A DNA stretch of 64,000 bases from Nemertoderma westbladi (taxonomy: Eukaryota; Animalia; Xenacoelomorpha): positions 1 to 64,000 of the forward strand of contig JAUCBJ010007446.1 of assembly GCA_032718475.1 (NCBI GenBank). Reading direction: 5' to 3'. Below the pieces are notes generated by a model. It saw only the letters and a program-made list of their open reading frames with translations, ran no database searches and was not told where the DNA came from. Every line of letters begins with the position of its first letter. The stretch's first letter is position 1. Below, piece after piece: positions 61,789 to 64,000 of this stretch. Both the position numbers and the translations under genes were made by a program.

Positions 61789-62900
61789 ATGACGGAGTTG
61801 ATAGAAGATGGTCTTGGTATCGGGGAGCGATATACTCTACTTTTACAAGCGCTTGTTGATAGCTTAATACGCGGCGACGTTAGTCCAACTGCTGCGGAGG
61901 ACGATGGTCGTTATATCGAACCGCCAATGTCCCAAGAGCAGCTCACGCGTGAGTTGGACTATAGAAAATTCGCTGCTCGATATACGCGGCGCAATGGTAC
62001 GTATATGGGCTTCTTAACTACTGGTCATCCTATCGATTTACACAATACGGACTATGTCGACTATATATCCTGCCCAGCGGAGTCGGAACCATAAACGGAA
62101 ATTCGAATGCGAAAATTCTATTCGAAATCGACTCGAAAGAAAAGACACTTAAGAAACAAATGGACGCGGTGACTCCAACGTATATTTGGAATTCTTGATA
62201 GAAGCATTGTAACAACAAATAAATATCGCCCGCGTTTACCCCATCAGACGTGCGTCTTTGGTATTATTACGATAAATGCCCTAGACCCAACTAATAAACG
62301 GAAAGACATAAACATCCACGTAAACCGAAACTTGTTGACGTATCACCTATGCTCACTCGGCTCGAACGATCCTGGAGTAAACCTACGATCAGAGTCCCGG
62401 AATACTCGGTCAAACCTCCTCATTCCTTAGTTGGACCTCAGACCTGCGATCTTGGTGGTGTCGCGGATCCTCGCGGACTGTATTCACTGTTCAAAGATCT
62501 AGTGCTACCCTAACAATTAATCGGTAACACTCCGGCAGTGATTTCTAGCTAGCCGCCCATCTTACCTAGCCAGATTGTGACGCGGACACCTAATATCACT
62601 ATCCAACCGTATGGTCGTCCACGTTTAACGCGATACAACCCCTCATCACGGTGAAGGAGAGCGTTGTACGAAACGAGTTAAACGCTATTTTATAAAGATC
62701 AAAAGGGAAACCTGCGTTTGTTCAGATAAACGTAAGTTATACCAGTGAGTCCAATCGATAAACGAATTGGCCTTATCTCAATTCAATTGAGAAATCCAGA
62801 ATCTCTAAGAAGTTATCGAACTTGGACGATCCTATTCTCTGCGAGAGTTTTTGGATGAACGTATCCAGCTACGAGCGGAGGAAAATCAGCTCGAGGAGAA
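61789..62900 (+). pseudogene. Degraded additional coding-like region of unknown family between the polyprotein and the 3' LTR
   Basis: Higher GC than its flanks; broken plus-strand ORFs (61711-62094, ATG at 61789, then frameshifts and stops); no family recognised. Confidence 0.35.
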
Positions 62901-63152
62901 GCATATCGAAACGGCAGATACCTCGACCACAATCCTACACCTTCTGATGCAATCATATTGCACCCTTCACCCAGGAGTTATGGCCCTCCTAGTAAAGTGG
63001 CTCCCCCCAAAGAGAAAAAGACTCTTGCTAGCCTCAAAAAACTGCGTAAACGCCGTCTGCGCAAGAAAGACTAACTGTTTAGAGTATCTTTGTGTTTTAG
63101 AAACTGTGATTTTTATATTTTATGGACTGAAAATCCCATTTTCTGGGAGCGG

Positions 63153-64000
63153 TGTAAAAGCCTTTGCTGAATTGCCCCGTTATTTTTATTAACTTTTACA
63201 TTAAAATACTCTGTAGTTGATTTAATAAGTGTAAGAGACCGTATTATTGCTGTATCGGTGTTTTTAGAGGATCTAAGACCTATTTCCTCCGTATGTGTAC
63301 TGTGAAAGGCACATTTTGTGATTCTATGGCAATTCGTGACGCAAAGGGGTGATAGCTACTCTTGAACAGTAGTTACTATGACTACGGTTAACAGCTGACA
63401 TTCATACGTGTTGATTTCCTTTGTTCTATGGCGTCTCTCAGTTCAGTCAGCCAATGAGAGCGTTTTTGTGGCTCCTTGTACAGAAAATTTCCGAGAAATG
63501 ACGCAATGCCTATGTGCAGTGTTTACATTCAGTCTTGAGCCAAAGAAAGAACGGCTTGGAAGTATTTTGTGCTGTACTGTTTTTTAGTCGTACACTAGTA
63601 GGTTTAATTATAAAGGGCATATATCCTTTAACTGACCTGCAATTTAACATACCTGATGACTGCAAACTGACTACTTGAATATCTCATGCCTATGTGCACT
63701 GACATACCGGTACTGACTTGTTGTTTTATACTGCTATTTGCCGTCAGTTCTTCATAATATGGTTGATGAATAATTATATTTGGAATAACGATAAATAACC
63801 CCGCAACCCAATATTCTTGATATACCGAAGGTAAGAGAGAAAGGTTACTAATAACGATTGTGACTTATGTTAAAGTGGTTTGAAGTGAATCTAATGTTAT
63901 TTGATAGACCCTACATGAGTCAGCCTGTGTTCCTTTTATATGTGACTAAAATCAGTGAAGATTGGCAGATTAGTGTGCAGTATTGTGCAGCATAGTGTAT
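63153..64000 (+). repeat. 3' LTR (truncated by the window end)
   Basis: Starts TGT after the polypurine tract; duplicates 52621-53468. Confidence 0.93.

Larger units (their letters stand above)
52621..64000 (+). mobile_element. BEL/Pao LTR retrotransposon, non-autonomous derivative; runs off the window end
   Basis: Direct repeats starting TGTAAAAGCC at 52621 and 63153 (offset 10532). Purine tract gggagcgg precedes the 3' LTR. Internal BEL/Pao gag-protease ORF. Confidence 0.93.

Overview
Animal (invertebrate-like bilaterian) genomic DNA, roughly half tandem repeat by my estimate. Host genes: (i) a minus-strand type II membrane neprilysin/M13-family gene (exons 7356-7547, 6868-7059, 3184-4918) whose HExxH zinc motif is replaced by DAVFQ; (ii) a frameshifted BC-box/LRR-like pseudogene (9936-11433); (iii) a B-box/coiled-coil/beta-propeller-like gene (19077-20849, minus); (iv) the 3' part of a neurexin gene (minus; exons 50085-50259, 42976-43217, 41890-42067, 28968-29440; LNS6, Cys-loop, TM, EWYV PDZ ligand). 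Mobile DNA: RTE-like LINE fragments of two families, tRNA-derived SINEs, a foldback-like inverted repeat, and a BEL/Pao LTR element with intact gag-protease but no RT or integrase. The main observation is that the neurexin introns at the positions equivalent to splice sites SS5 and SS4 are filled by tandem arrays whose units each read as AG-microexon-GT. At SS5 there are 141 copies of an in-frame 21-nt DVTNPTI unit copied from the upstream exon end. At SS4 there are 53 copies of a 31/24-nt EVGTTVTSSQ unit. Whether these are spliced is untested inference. All family assignments come from recognising motifs by eye; no database searches were run.
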